In this document: piece after piece, positions 36,011 through 48,917 of the stretch
Layout: the number at the start of each line of letters is the position of its first letter
How positions within the stretch are numbered: the first letter of the stretch is position 1
From: Octopus bimaculoides
Lineage: Eukaryota
Reading direction: 5' to 3'
Length of the DNA: 64,000 nucleotides
Assembly (NCBI RefSeq): GCF_001194135.2
Contig: NC_068986.1
Coordinates: 9,222,995 to 9,286,994 of the forward strand
Program-made: the position numbers and the translations under genes
The notes under the pieces: generated by a model
Seen by the model: only the letters and a program-made list of their open reading frames with translations
Told to the model about the DNA's origin: nothing
Database searches by the model: none

Positions 36011-38454
36011 AACCATACATGCTGTGTGTTGAAGCTTGATTCTCAGACATTTTGGTCTGCCATGTGCTAGTGCTTTCATTATAGTCATAATAGAACTAGA
36101 TAAAAAAATTCCTAGGCTTCAAGGACAGTCTGGAATCAAACAAGACCTCAATGTTGTCTTAGCAAAGTAAATGTCTGACGATGTTGAAAGTGGCTGCAGA
36201 TTTGCAGGTTGTGGAAGATTTTACCAAAGACTGATTAAGAAAAAGACAACTGGTCATTTGGTGTGGAGGCAAGAGAATCAATATTTTTGACTGAGCAGTT
36301 CTGCTCACTCAGAAGTATGACCAGTATAAATATCTTGAAGAATGTAAAGATGTTGGCTGTGGTGGGTTTCTGGGACGTAGTGTGAGGATTCCTTGTTGCT
36401 GGGGCAAACTCATCGTGAAGAATGTCCAAGGCTCTGAATTCTGATTAAAGAGATAGGTGGCTCTAACAGAAGGTTGAACCAAGGCTGGTTGCCAATTGTG
36501 CACTGGATGCAATTCGCATAAATAAGACCTTCGTTGTGAGAGCTGGCTTGTACATTAGGTGTTAAGAATGTACGATTAAGATGAAGGGATAGGAACAGAT
36601 ATGTTGCTGTAGAAGAGATAATATCGAACATTGAAGTTGTCCCCTGCAACCACCCATCTTAACACATATTACTCTTCTAAGCTTACAGCTCTACCCTCAA
36701 CTGCTGTAATTATACTTGAGGACAGAGATGCACATATTTATTCCCTACACCTTTTGATCTCCCCTGACCAGTTCTCAACTATCCTGTTCATCTCTTCTCA
36801 CATATCCACCCTCTTGTACTTTGAGAGTATGTTTTAATGCCTACTTTTCTCTCCACCATCTTGTTTCTTTTTCTAGCTGGGGTGTGTGTATAATGTGGGA
36901 CCGCTCCCTCAGAGTGAAAAGCAGATTGTGTGATGCCTGAGCACGAACATCTGTGCTGCATGGCAGTGAGACCTGGACTGACTATTGGGGATGTGCAGAC
37001 GTTTAAAAGAACTGAAGCCAGTATGGATGGGTAATGTCAGTGTTTTGAGAGAAAAACTGGGGCATCAGATATCGTTTGCAAGGGAGAAAACTGCTGGTAT
37101 GGTGATGGATGAGGACAGATGACAAGGGACTGAGACTTGTGGCAGTTTGCTGTGTTTGAGGACACATCAGGTGGAATATTCATTGTCCTTGCCAGCCTGG
37201 AAAAATTGGTGTTGAACAATGACAATTGATATATCTATATATGGGGTGTGTTTATTGCAAAGTTGCTGCTGTCAAAAGTAGAACAAATTTTCAAAGGTTA
37301 TTCATGGCTTTATCACCATTTTCCACCTTTGTCCTCTCCTTCAAGCCTGTAAAATTTCTTTGTAGTTTACAATATTTTTCTTACTTGGCTATCATTATTT
37401 ATATCTTGTTAAGTTTTACCAGAATTACTACCAAATATATCTACCTGTATGTGAACAATCTTGCTGAATTATTGGCAAATGAATTTTCTATTTCAGTCAT
37501 TCTTCCAGCAACCCACTTGCTCCCTGCTTTTTCTTTCATTGTTATCCAACTCCCTGCCCTGCCTTCATATTTCCTTGCATTTACTGTCTTTTTATCACAA
37601 TTCAGGCTCGTGTCTTTCATGATTTTCCATCTCTGCCTTTATAGGTATTTATTAATAAAAGCCCTAAACAGACAAATGGCGTACATAGCTAAGATGAGGC
37701 TGTATATAAAAGTGGGGTTATTGTATTTAGAAAAAAAAACTTCCGTATATGTTCCTCATTTACTGGAAAATCCTGTTTTCCCTCTTGGTTTAAAATTGCT
37801 TTCTTTTTCCTCGCCAATCCCATCATTAAAATTATCCTAATTTCTAGTTGACTGCCTGACTGATGTAGATTTTGATGAAAACTTTTTAAAATTCATTGCT
37901 CTAATTTATTTCCATGCTTTCTGTTCAACCCTAGGCAGGCTTATTGTATGCAGGGATGAATGACAGTTTTGCTGGCTGGAACCTGGCAGCTAGCATTATT
38001 CTTAGTTTCGCACATATTGGAGTCTGACATAATGGTACCAGTGCCATTTAGTAAAAAAAACACTTGTGGAAGCTCAAGTCAGAACTGAACTAGTCTCCAT
38101 ACATTCACTAGAATCTTCTCACTCAAGAACTTTTATCTGCTTTATTATCATTTTCCTTCTTCCCAGCTAATTGTAAATTGCTGATCTTTCTTCCTTCCAT
38201 TTTATACTTTGCTTATTCTCTTATTCAATATTTCATAAGTTATCGATTTATCTTCTAAACTTTCTAGCTGCTTTGTTAAGTCCCATGTAATATTGTTTGA
38301 TAAAAAGTAAAGATATACTAAATGTATAATCTGCCTCACAGATAAGCCTAATCTTTTTTTTTTTCTGTACAATGTAGTTTTTCCCATAAAAAATAAAAAA
38401 GTAAGGAACTCCAATCATGTTTGTTACTTTATTATTTCTATCTTAGTTTCTCAT

Positions 38455-39544
38455 GGCTGAAGAGTTCATAGGCTGTTTAAGATACTCTTATGGAACATGA
38501 CCAATTGAGGTTTATCTTTCAACCCGTTCTGGTCCACTTCTTTCATCAGTGTTGCAGTGCTTGGACCCTGCTGATGAAGAAGCTTGGTCAAAAAAGTCAT
38601 CAAAAGCAGACGTGACAACATCATCACTTTGATATTGGTTCCCAGCCAAGTGTTTTTCATGTTAGGGAACAGATGATAGTCAAATGAGGCCAAATCGGCA
38701 GAATGGGAGGCTGATCAACCGGTTCAAAGCCACACTTGTGCACAGCAGCCATCAAAATCAAGAACTTGTGTGCTGGAGCATTGTCCTGATGTAACGAGAG
38801 GCCTTTCCTCAGTTTTCCTGGGTGATTGGTCTTGATAGCTTTTCATAACTGCCTCGGCAAGTTGGCAGAGCACTCTTTGTTGATGGTGTGGCCCTTTTGA
38901 AGATAGTCAATAAACACAATGCCTTTTGCACCCCAAAACCCTGAAGCCATCACCTTCCTTGCAGATGAAATGTCATAGGCTCTCTTTGGAGCAGGTGAGG
39001 AGGAGTGTTTCCCCTGCATGGATTGTCTCTGACTCAAAGTGATAAACCCAACACTCATCCTGGGTTAGGAAATGTTCAAGGAAACCAGATGGATCTGCCT
39101 CAGACAATGTCGGATTTCTCCTGTGATGTGATCAGTCTGGTGCACTTTTGATCAGGTGTCAGAAGATGTGGCACCCACCAAGCAGAAACCTTTGTCATGC
39201 AAAGTTCATTGTGCAGAATATTCTCAACTCTGTCAAGGGATATGCTAATAGCATTGGCTATTTGGTTTCTAGTCAATCACCTGTCATCCATCACCATGTG
39301 ATGAACACGATCAAGGTTTTCCTCATCAGTTATAACATGTTGGGTTGTCTTCAAGACTTCTGAATTCGTTGCCCATTTTGCACTGGTGATGAAGCTGACC
39401 ATCATCCCATAACATAGCAGCCGTGTCTGCATAAATGTCCTGCATTTCTGCATGTTGTTAATAAGAAGAGTTGCAATTAATGCATGCAAGGTGTCACACC
39501 TCCCAGCATCACTCCTTCATAGTCGGCCAATGAACTTTTCAGCC
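38455..39544 (-). mobile_element. Near full-length mariner fossil with TIRs
   Basis: TIRs ggctgaagagttcatagg / ccaatgaacttttcagcc (16/18); KVMASGFWGAKGIVFIDYLQKGHTIN and SFDYHLFPNMK, frameshifted. Confidence 0.85.
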
Positions 39545-40189
39545 TCCACCCTTTTTTTTTGTTTTATTTCTTGCAATTTTTTCTAAAATACTGGAGAAAT
39601 AAATTCCATAAGATTTTGTTTGATGAATTATAGAAATAATTCCATTTTCTATATTTCTCATTATTTCACTGAAAGTTTGCCAGGAATATTTGTAGAACAC
39701 CATTTTTTCAGGTTTTGCTGAAGTGGTTTGACAGTTGTGTGTTGATTTATTGGGTTGTACATTTCATGTATTAAAATAGTGGAGAATTTAGGAATCTGTT
39801 ATTACCATACTTCTGTTGAAGTGAAGCCTCTTTCTTTTGATAAATTACAAAATTTTGAAGAGGAAAGTCAAAAGAAAATACACTGTTTCCTTCTCTGGAC
39901 AAGTGATATTGTGAATAACATTTCATGGCTAAAGCAAAGCTGGAGTTTTAAGGAATGTATTAAATGACTTAACTGCCGTTGTCTTCTGATTGTAACACAT
40001 TTCCTGTACAATGTCTGTGTGGACACATTCGAAATTTCTGTGCTAATTCCTGGATAATCCCGGTCTTAAAATTTGGTAATTGATCTTTTAGGATTAAAGC
40101 ATGGGTTTGATAACCTGCATTAAAATTGATTCAAATAAAGAGGAATACAAAGGCATAAGTAATTTAAAATGATTTCCTTCTTGTTTTAG

Positions 40190-40320
40190 GTAATGTGAAA
40201 GTGAACAGCTTGCATTTCTTCTTCATTCTTTCGGGCATGTTCTCATCAATTGCACCACGTTTGTTTTGTTTCAACTTTGATGTATTCCAAATGAATGTGG
40301 TCAGTTGTAAATAGGATCCC
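40190..40320 (+). other. Candidate gene 2 non-coding 3' UTR exon start
   Basis: strong acceptor ttccttcttgttttag|GTAATGTGAAAGTGAAC resembles the start of the gene 1 UTR exon GTATGGTTAAATGTGGAAC; a nearer, weaker acceptor at 30657-30658 is an alternative. Confidence 0.4.
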
Positions 40321-41978
40321 CATTGATGATGTTTCCTCTCTTTCAGACCTGGTTCTCAATGATCTACCTCTGTTTTGTGTATTACATTGTAGCTGGATAC
40401 GTGGTCAGTTCCAAACAAGAAGAAGGCCTCCTGAAACGGTGTATGTCTATGGTAGTTGGCAATGCCAGGCATGTGTGTCTGTCGTCCTGCTGTTCCAACA
40501 ACCCTGCAGTGGAACAACAGTCCCCCCCGCACTAGAGCCAAACTGTCAACTTACCATCAACATGTGGTTCATAGGAATACATGCAGGGGATCCATTTAAT
40601 ACTGCTTAATGTCATCAAAAAGCAGATAATCAGTTTGATATTGGTGAACTATTAACATTTGTCTCGCAAGCAATTGCAGCTTGCAAAGCAAATGAAATTG
40701 AAGGGAAAAACTGTCAATTGAAAACTGATGTTTTATGAACCAGCTGGGGAAAAGAATTAAAACTACTGGCAATTGTTTCTTGGTCAGTCCAACCAACCGA
40801 TGGAAGCAACATATTCCTCACCTAATGATGGGATTTTTGTCTCCTTGACAAATTGTTTGGTCCTGTACATAGTGCAATTGTGCACTAAAAGGCAAACCAG
40901 TTCCTCAAAAGACAACTGTAAAACTCTCTCATGATGACTGGAGGATTTGTCCACCCTATGTCACTTCGTTCACTCATTCATTTTATTTTATTTTTATTGA
41001 TTCTGTAACCAACATTAGTTTCAAATGCTTTCTCTTTAACAATTTAAATCTTTATATCTGTCTATCTACATCTTTTATATTCACACTCACACATTGTGTG
41101 TGTGTGTGAGCATGTATGTGTGTTGTGTATATATATGATATATATATGTGCATATACACACATACATTGTTACCTGTGTGTCTGATATATTGAAGAGTTC
41201 TTCTGTTGAATCTTCAATATTGAAAAGAGGTTATTCAAGTCGATGCTGCGTTATTTGGCTTAAAGTAATCCAGCTTTACATAGAACGCCGGAAGTCCGGT
41301 TGGTTCTATTGCTTGACCTACGCTATTCTTATCTTCAGTTCTATACGTCTTCAGGCATAAGTTAAATAAGTTTCCAAAGAAAATTCTTTTCCTCTAACTA
41401 AACTAATATTTAGACTAATAATATTACAGTTTCACTCTAAATTATTAACTCTACCTACTGAAAATATCAGTGTGTCTTTAGGTGGGAAGGATTTTGCGTT
41501 GAAACATGACATATCTGTTCTGTATGACATGAGCACGTGATATTTATGGCCACCTTAGGAGAATTTTAATAGGTGTTTAGTGGTAGGGAGCTAACTATCT
41601 GCTTCGGTATGTGCTGTATATATATTTTTTATATATACATGCATACATATACACAAACATCATTAGAAATGAAGAAAAAAAACTAATTGTTGGTTCCAAG
41701 CCAGCTAATCCCATGCTGGTTCTAATAAAAAAAAAATCGCTTTTTTTTTTTTTTCTTTTTTCATTTTTTTTTTCCCCCACAGTTTGAATACTTTTAACAA
41801 GAATTCACCTTAAATGATCGCTATTTTCCCCCATGAAAGGTAATGATTGTCAAGTAGTAGGTCTAATTAAGGGTACCTACTTAAGAGTTCTAGAAAAATA
41901 TTATCAACTTATTAAAAAAATGAAAGAAAAAAACGCCACAATGTATTTTTAGACTTTAACTTGTCGGTATTCCAAACC

Positions 41979-42518
41979 NNNNNNNNNNNNNNNNNNNNNN
42001 NNNNNNNNNNNNNNNNNNNNNNNNNNNNNNNNNNNNNNNNNNNNNNNNNNNNNNNNNNNNNNNNNNNNNNNNNNNNNNNNNNNNNNNNNNNNNNNNNNNN
42101 NNNNNNNNNNNNNNNNNNNNNNNNNNNNNNNNNNNNNNNNNNNNNNNNNNNNNNNNNNNNNNNNNNNNNNNNNNNNNNNNNNNNNNNNNNNNNNNNNNNN
42201 NNNNNNNNNNNNNNNNNNNNNNNNNNNNNNNNNNNNNNNNNNNNNNNNNNNNNNNNNNNNNNNNNNNNNNNNNNNNNNNNNNNNNNNNNNNNNNNNNNNN
42301 NNNNNNNNNNNNNNNNNNNNNNNNNNNNNNNNNNNNNNNNNNNNNNNNNNNNNNNNNNNNNNNNNNNNNNNNNNNNNNNNNNNNNNNNNNNNNNNNNNNN
42401 NNNNNNNNNNNNNNNNNNNNNNNNNNNNNNNNNNNNNNNNNNNNNNNNNNNNNNNNNNNNNNNNNNNNNNNNNNNNNNNNNNNNNNNNNNNNNNNNNNNN
42501 NNNNNNNNNNNNNNNNNN
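41979..42518. other. Assembly gap (others: 1637-2011, 11777-12704, 21621-21630, 61534-62522)
   Basis: N runs. Confidence 1.
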
Positions 42519-43527
42519 TATAAACTTACAGTTAAGGCCGTCCCTTAAGGTCTAGTGGCACGAACGGCATCATGTTAATTGTAGTTGTACAAAGCCGATC
42601 TGAACGCTGCTTTCCATGACATGTTAACACGTCTTTCTTGATTAACGGATGACATAACTGGGAGAGGAGGGGTTTTTTGGTTTTTTAGTCTTGGGTTTTC
42701 TTTCATGTAGGTTTAGTTGTAACACTTCAGTTTTTCTGAAATTCAACATTTATTTAAACACTTATGGCAGTTGATTCTTCCATATGTCTACGAATTACTT
42801 CTATTTATTTTTGTTGTTTTCATGAAACATTTCTCACTCGTGTTTTGGTAAATAATCAGTTATTCTTAGGATTAAACTCGGCTCTCAGTTAAGAAAGTAA
42901 TCTAATCTTTGCCAACATCAGATGCGCACCAGTGCCATGGTGACTATTGATTGACTTGCTTGGTTGGCAACGTATTAAGAATGAAACATGTCATAAAAAG
43001 AAAGCTAATTTAGGACATCATCTTTCAGATCCAATTTACTCTATTTAACATTGGTAGGCCAACATATCAAAGACATTGTCTTTTTTCCTTTTTTCAATTT
43101 TAGTTTAGCTATACTGTTGCATGACTTCTACTGACATTAGGAAAAATGTAGGCTAAAATAAGGATGTATTGTTATACTTTAGCTGTACATCAAGGTCATA
43201 CCCACCCTTTTAACCCATCAGTTTGTCTTTGTGAAACATGTAAGTGAAAAAGAAAGTCAATAAACCATAACATGTGTGTAGCAATCTTCTGAGTTTTTCT
43301 TCTTGGATGTTCTTTGCTTCTCATTTTTTCAACTCCATTTTAATACATACCAAGCACCGGTTCACAGTCACACTTAAATGGAAGGCAAAAGACATCTCAG
43401 TTGGTCCCTGGTATCCCAATATGAAAATTTCCCTCACCAGGGGGTAGGGGAATTACTGTTGGTGGATTCCTTAACATATTTCTAAGTCTGAATGGGTTAA
43501 AACAAGAACATATTGCCAGACTGACTC

Positions 43528-43705
43528 CTGTGCTGGTGGCACGTAAAAAGGCACCCACTACACTCTCGGAGTGGTTGACATTAGGAAGGGCATCCAGCTG
43601 TAAAAGCATTGCCAGATCAGATTGGAACTGGGTGCAGCCTCCTGGCTTGCCAGAACCCAGTCAAACCGTCCAACCCATGCCAGCATGGAAAGCAGACGTT
43701 AAATG
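43528..43705 (+). mobile_element. RTE-tail repeat copy
   Basis: ggcacgtaaaaaggcacccactacactctcggagtgg...cagcatggaaagcagacgttaaatg. Confidence 0.8.
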
Positions 43706-45211
43706 ATATTGTGTCAGCTTTCTATAGACAGGTGCTCTCCTTACCACTCCAAAAACAGCAGCTTTCACAGATGATTACAAATTCTCCTTGCTTTGAAGGG
43801 AGTAACTTTCTTCCAACAACCAACTCTACAAGTGACTCTATACACACACTGAGGGATATATGCTAGAGAGAAAAATGTTGGCGTATTTTGATTTGGCCAG
43901 CTACAAACTATAAACGAATGCCTTGGATGATCATTGTTATATCGTTTAAAGTCTTGTTTTCCTTGTTGGCATGGGTTGAGCAGTTTGACAAGATCTTGAG
44001 AGCTACACTAGGTTCCAGTTTCCACTAGATGCTTTTTATGTGGCAGCACCATAGGTTATGGTATTATTGATTGAAGTATATTGAGTACGCTGAAGAAAAA
44101 TGGGAAGACTTCTGGGTTTTTTACTGATTATTTTGGAGATTTCTTCATGACTAACCCTTGATTTTGCCATCTGCCAAGCAAATTAATAGAAATCTATTCA
44201 ACAGGGTTAATAAATTTACAGACTCCTCCAAATCAAAACTAAAAAAAAATTATCTTCAAAAATATGTTTTACAGAAGGGCATCTTGCTATGTAGATGCAT
44301 TAAAGTTTACACTGCTTAAGCATGACCTTAGCTTATATAAGAGAATTTACCCGTGGGATCACATTTAATACTTATCCCTATTAATTTTGAAACATTAAGC
44401 TCATTTTGATCACTTTTACTGCTTAGCATTTAAGCTGGCCATATCCAAGTGAAATATTCTGACCTTCACACCCACCCTATAATGTCATTTGAAAAGCCAT
44501 CACAGCAAAATCTCAAAGCCGAGGTTGATTCAATACAATGTGGATAAATAAGCATTACATTTGACGGAGTAATTTGAATGCTAAAAGAGTGAAACAGGAA
44601 GTAAAGATTATGATAGAAACCCCAACAGTCATACTCGACACATCTGACATAAGGAGGCAGCTTTTGCTTAAACATCAGTCATTAATCAAATGTCAGCATG
44701 AAAAATACAAGCAGGATCAGAAAAGACAAATTACAGAAGCATTTGTAGAAAAATAGATTTATTTAGTTAAAAAGGTTTTTATGTACATTCATTCATGCTT
44801 CCAGGATGAATAGAAGCCTCCACTTCCACAAGTAATCTGGAGTAAAGAGAAAGAAAACATTAAGCATAACATGTCAAAACAGTACACGAAAAGATAGCAG
44901 TAATTAAAACAGGGACTGAGACAACAATAGTTAAGGATGGTCATTATTAATTTAGCACAAATAAAATTATTTCTATTTCACTCAATCAAAAGGTGGCAAA
45001 TTGGAAGCAAAGACTCTGACAGGAGCAGAATTAACAGCCTGATTGCGAAGTAGCTGTGATTACAAGTTTATCAACCAGGATAAAGAATTATTTGTAGCAT
45101 TAAAATGGAGGCAGGAACAATGTCCAATGACAGATAAGCTGAGGGATACCAAAATGTGCCTTTAGCCGCAATAAATCAATAGAAGCTATTTTGTCATGAC
45201 AACATCATCAT

Positions 45212-45430
45212 CATCGTTTAACGTCCGCCTTCCATGCTAGCATGGGTTGGACGATTTGACTGAGGACTGGTGAAAACCCGATGGCTACACCAGGCTCCAA
45301 TCTGATTTGGCAGAGTTTCTACAGCTGGATGCCTTTCCTAACGCCAACGACTCAGAGAGTGTAGTGGGTGCTTTTACGTGCCACCGGCACAAAGGCCAAT
45401 TGGGGGGTACTGGCAACAGCTACGCTCGAA
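45212..45430 (-). mobile_element. RTE-tail repeat copy
   Basis: reverse complement near-identical to 30-233. Confidence 0.85.
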
Positions 45431-45991
45431 ATGGTGTCTTTTACCTTTTTTTTTTAATAAATACACACACGATCCATACAACTGAGATACATCATTAAAG
45501 TATAAATACCCACTTAAAACTAATCAATTTAAAATCATTAACTGTCACACTAACATCTTGTACTAAAGACTTACAGACAAGAAGTTTTCAATGAACCTAC
45601 CTTGTTTCCTGCTCAAAAGTTCCAAATTGAAGTCAGTCAGAACTGATCGATTTGCAGAAGGTTTTCCTCTTCGATATCACAGCTAGGATTATAATTTTAA
45701 AAAAAGTCCTGAAGAAAAATTGAATAAAAAGGATTCACATTACCAAAAATAATCATTGTTTCTTACTATAAGCACAAGGCCAGAAAATTTGGGAGAGGAG
45801 TTGATTACTTGGTTCTTATTGAAATTGACCATGAAAGGATGAGAAGTGGAGTCTCAACCGAGGCAGAATTTGAAAATAATACATAACTCAGTGGTTAACA
45901 GACCAGATATACCTAAAGACATATAAAGACAGTGATGGGTGGAAGATATCATTTAGTTAAGTTTCATCATAAACTTATTGAAAGATGTAGC

Positions 45992-46356
45992 AAAGATTGT
46001 TTGCCAACATAACATGGCAGCCCTGGTTTAGGACGAATGTTGCTGTAATTTAGCCCCAGGAGACATTGTCTCCAGTTGGCTATGCAACACGATCTGTGTA
46101 TTACGATTTCCGGGTTACTTCCCTTCATCAGCACAATAATTGTTCGGACAGATAGAGGTAGCGCTGCCAAATTCCCACTCGAAATATATAGTTTTCAAAG
46201 TGACAACTAGTCACTGATCTATAAATTAGGAAATTACTATTTTTAATTCTCACAACGAGAGAAATTCGGCAACAGTACTTTGGAGTAAAGATTGTTTGCC
46301 AACATAACATGGCAGTCCTGGCTTACAACGAATGTTGCTGTAATTTAGCCACAGGA
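45992..46356 (-). mobile_element. Retrozyme/Penelope-like element: 70-bp terminal direct repeats with an internal hammerhead motif
   Basis: 45992-46061 is repeated at 46287-46356 (period 295 bp); hammerhead core at 46095-46135 on the minus strand. Confidence 0.6.
46095..46135 (-). ncRNA. Minimal type I hammerhead ribozyme motif (possibly degenerate)
   Basis: minus strand reads UGUG-CUGAUGA-AGGG aaguaa CCCG-GAAA-U cgua A-UA-CACA: stem I UGUG/CACA, stem II GGG/CCC, 2-bp stem III, AUA cleavage triplet; A.G mismatch at 10.1-11.1. Confidence 0.6.
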
Positions 46357-48148
46357 AAGATATTCTAAAACAGCTTTGTTACAGAAAAGGTATGATTCTG
46401 TGCATGGTAATACAATGTGGCAGTCTCCTGGAATAAAGTAGGAATCTATAAATATACAACATTATGGGGAGGGAGGAGGAAGAGTACCTTATTTCTATTT
46501 TATCTTCTTTCAGAGCTACCATTAACTTGCTTATAATTTGGCCAAGATAATTATAATACAGAATGCAGAACTTGTATTTTGGGCTTTGATGTTTTATTTC
46601 ACTGCAAATCAGTCACTATAGGATGGTGCATCATCACTATTATTCTATTGTCATCCAATCATCATAACAGAGAAAGATGAAAGTTTAGCACTCCTTTCAT
46701 CTTACTAAAAAAAAAAAGTTTCATAAACGGGAAGAGAAGCATTAAAATTCTGATGTGGAACATTTACACTGGAGAAGGAAGCAGAATGAGATGTGACCTC
46801 TCCACATAACAACCAACAAATCAGAAGCAGTTTTTCATAAGCTCAGAGTTTGTTCTTCAATATTTTAATACCAACAATTATTGTCTAGCAGATTCATGCT
46901 TATCCAACTCCTTGCCCTACGACACCCAATCTCTTATACACAAGTTACATTAAATACATGTGTAGTATGCGTGACTTTCCATTATAGATCGAAGTAGTCT
47001 CCCCTGCCGTACTATTATAAATTAGTCTTGCTCTGAGGCCAATTTCTGGTTTGTAGCAAACTCAAATGCTGAATACAACCCAAGTCTGCAGGCTTTATAT
47101 GTCAAACCAAACATTGAAGCGTATGTTTGGGCTATCCACAGACAAGCGTTTAATTATTCAGGAGACAACCTCTTAGCAAAGGAGTGAATACTTTAAAGCC
47201 ATAACACTGCTGAGCAATACACAGATGACTAATAAAGGAAGCCTTAATGGCTTTTATTCCTCACAGATAAAACAAAGTTTAATTGACATTAAAAACAAAA
47301 AAAAATGCTAGATCTGCAAATCTATGAACAAACATTTGAAACGTCAGCATCTTTCACACGGCCTGTCTCAGTTTAATGAAACTATGGTTGATCTTTCAAC
47401 AGTGGCAGCATGTAGTTCTGCTGCAGATTAAATGCCCCACAAAGAAGCAAGAAGAGACCTTATGCTATGTTCTGCTCATCTCCATCTTCAGTGGCAACCA
47501 AAATAAGCTGCGTTTTCTGCTGGTTCACCTCCCTGTTTCTCATGGGTTGTTAATAATTATTAGAATAAATGGAAGAATTAGTGGCACAAGCAGAAGGAGG
47601 CAGCTACCTCCATTACGTTGAAGGTTAATGGAGTGTCAAGCCAGTATTGAATTTTCAAATGATTATTATGAGTGAATCATTCTCCATTATCTATAATCTT
47701 TGTTCTGTCATTCCCAAGACAAAACTTCCTTAGGCACCACTCGGACAGTGGAACCGTCTGAGATCTCAACTCATAGCTGAAAGATCTAAACAACATTCTC
47801 TGTATGACCAGAAATTTATAAATTCTAAGACAAGATATTTGCTAAAAGAGGGTTTAGGTGTTGGTTACACCTGCTGATAACCATTAGAAACATATGGTTG
47901 CGGATTATTCATAGACAATAAACCACTGTGTTGTTAGATGTCTTCTCTCCATCACATATTGAGATGATGGAGAAAGAAACAAGGGTACATTGAATCCACA
48001 AAGTAGAGATAAGAGAAAGCTTATGCTGCATTCGATACTCGTCACTACTTCTACTATTTTAGATTCCTTTTGGAAATCACTAATGAGGTCATTAGCTTTC
48101 AATATATAATTAGTATTTGAAAAAAGGACTGAATGCCACCATTGCATA

Positions 48149-48917
48149 TACATGGTCTGATCAATAAGTATCCAGACTGTTGCCATAGTAACGAAACTAA
48201 AGCACGCAGAGTGAAGCCGCTTGGCACAGATTAACCTTGAACTCTGCTGTGCACGGAAGATGTGTAGTGTATGTTTGTCACATTAACTATAATAGAGAAA
48301 GTGGAGCAGAGAATCTGCATTAAACTTTGCCAAAAACTTGACGATATCTACTCAGAGTTTTTATCATACTTCACACAATCTAGGAGATGTTGTACAACTG
48401 AAACCTGAATGTCTTTTTGGTCAGCTGAAAGCAGTTTTGGTACAAAGCTGGCAGACGTGCATCTCATACCCAAATCTTCACTGATAACGGACTGAAATGC
48501 AATTAATCTGCACATCCTCCGATAAGGCACAGATGGTGATTCGATGATCTCCCATCACAGCTGCATGCACATCTGTAATGTTTTTCTCAATTCTGCTGGT
48601 TGCAGGTTTCCCAGAACATTCATCAATGACATCTTGGCCATTTTGGAAACGTCTGAACCACTCGTACACTTTCTGCAACTTGGCATAGGCTTCTGAACAG
48701 GTATCGCCATGAGAACTTTGTCATGGTCAATGTGACAATCACACGCTACACACTTTCCTTCCAAGCACTGCTGTAGACAGCAGCAGTGAGCTAGAATGTT
48801 AAAACTTAGTCGTTTGCACAGCAGAGTTTAAGGTCAATCTTTGCCAAGCAGCATCACTGCATGCTTTAGCTTTGTTACTATGGCAACAGTCCAGATACTA
48901 AATAATCAGACCTCATA
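48149..48917. mobile_element. Fold-back element made of two inverted mariner 5' ends
   Basis: ~105-bp inverted arms 48149-48254 / 48815-48917; minus-strand HTH region VYEWFRRFQNG...FVPKLLSADQK. Confidence 0.8.

Noticed and set aside
37226-37840. 204-aa hydrophobic ORF
   Set aside because: Low-complexity T-rich composition, no motif; typical chance ORF in AT-rich or antisense LINE remnant DNA.
41690-41715. tRNA T-arm-like ggttccaagccagctaatccca
   Set aside because: No A box, D arm or anticodon arm.
41961-42548. 195-aa ORF
   Set aside because: Almost entirely N gap.
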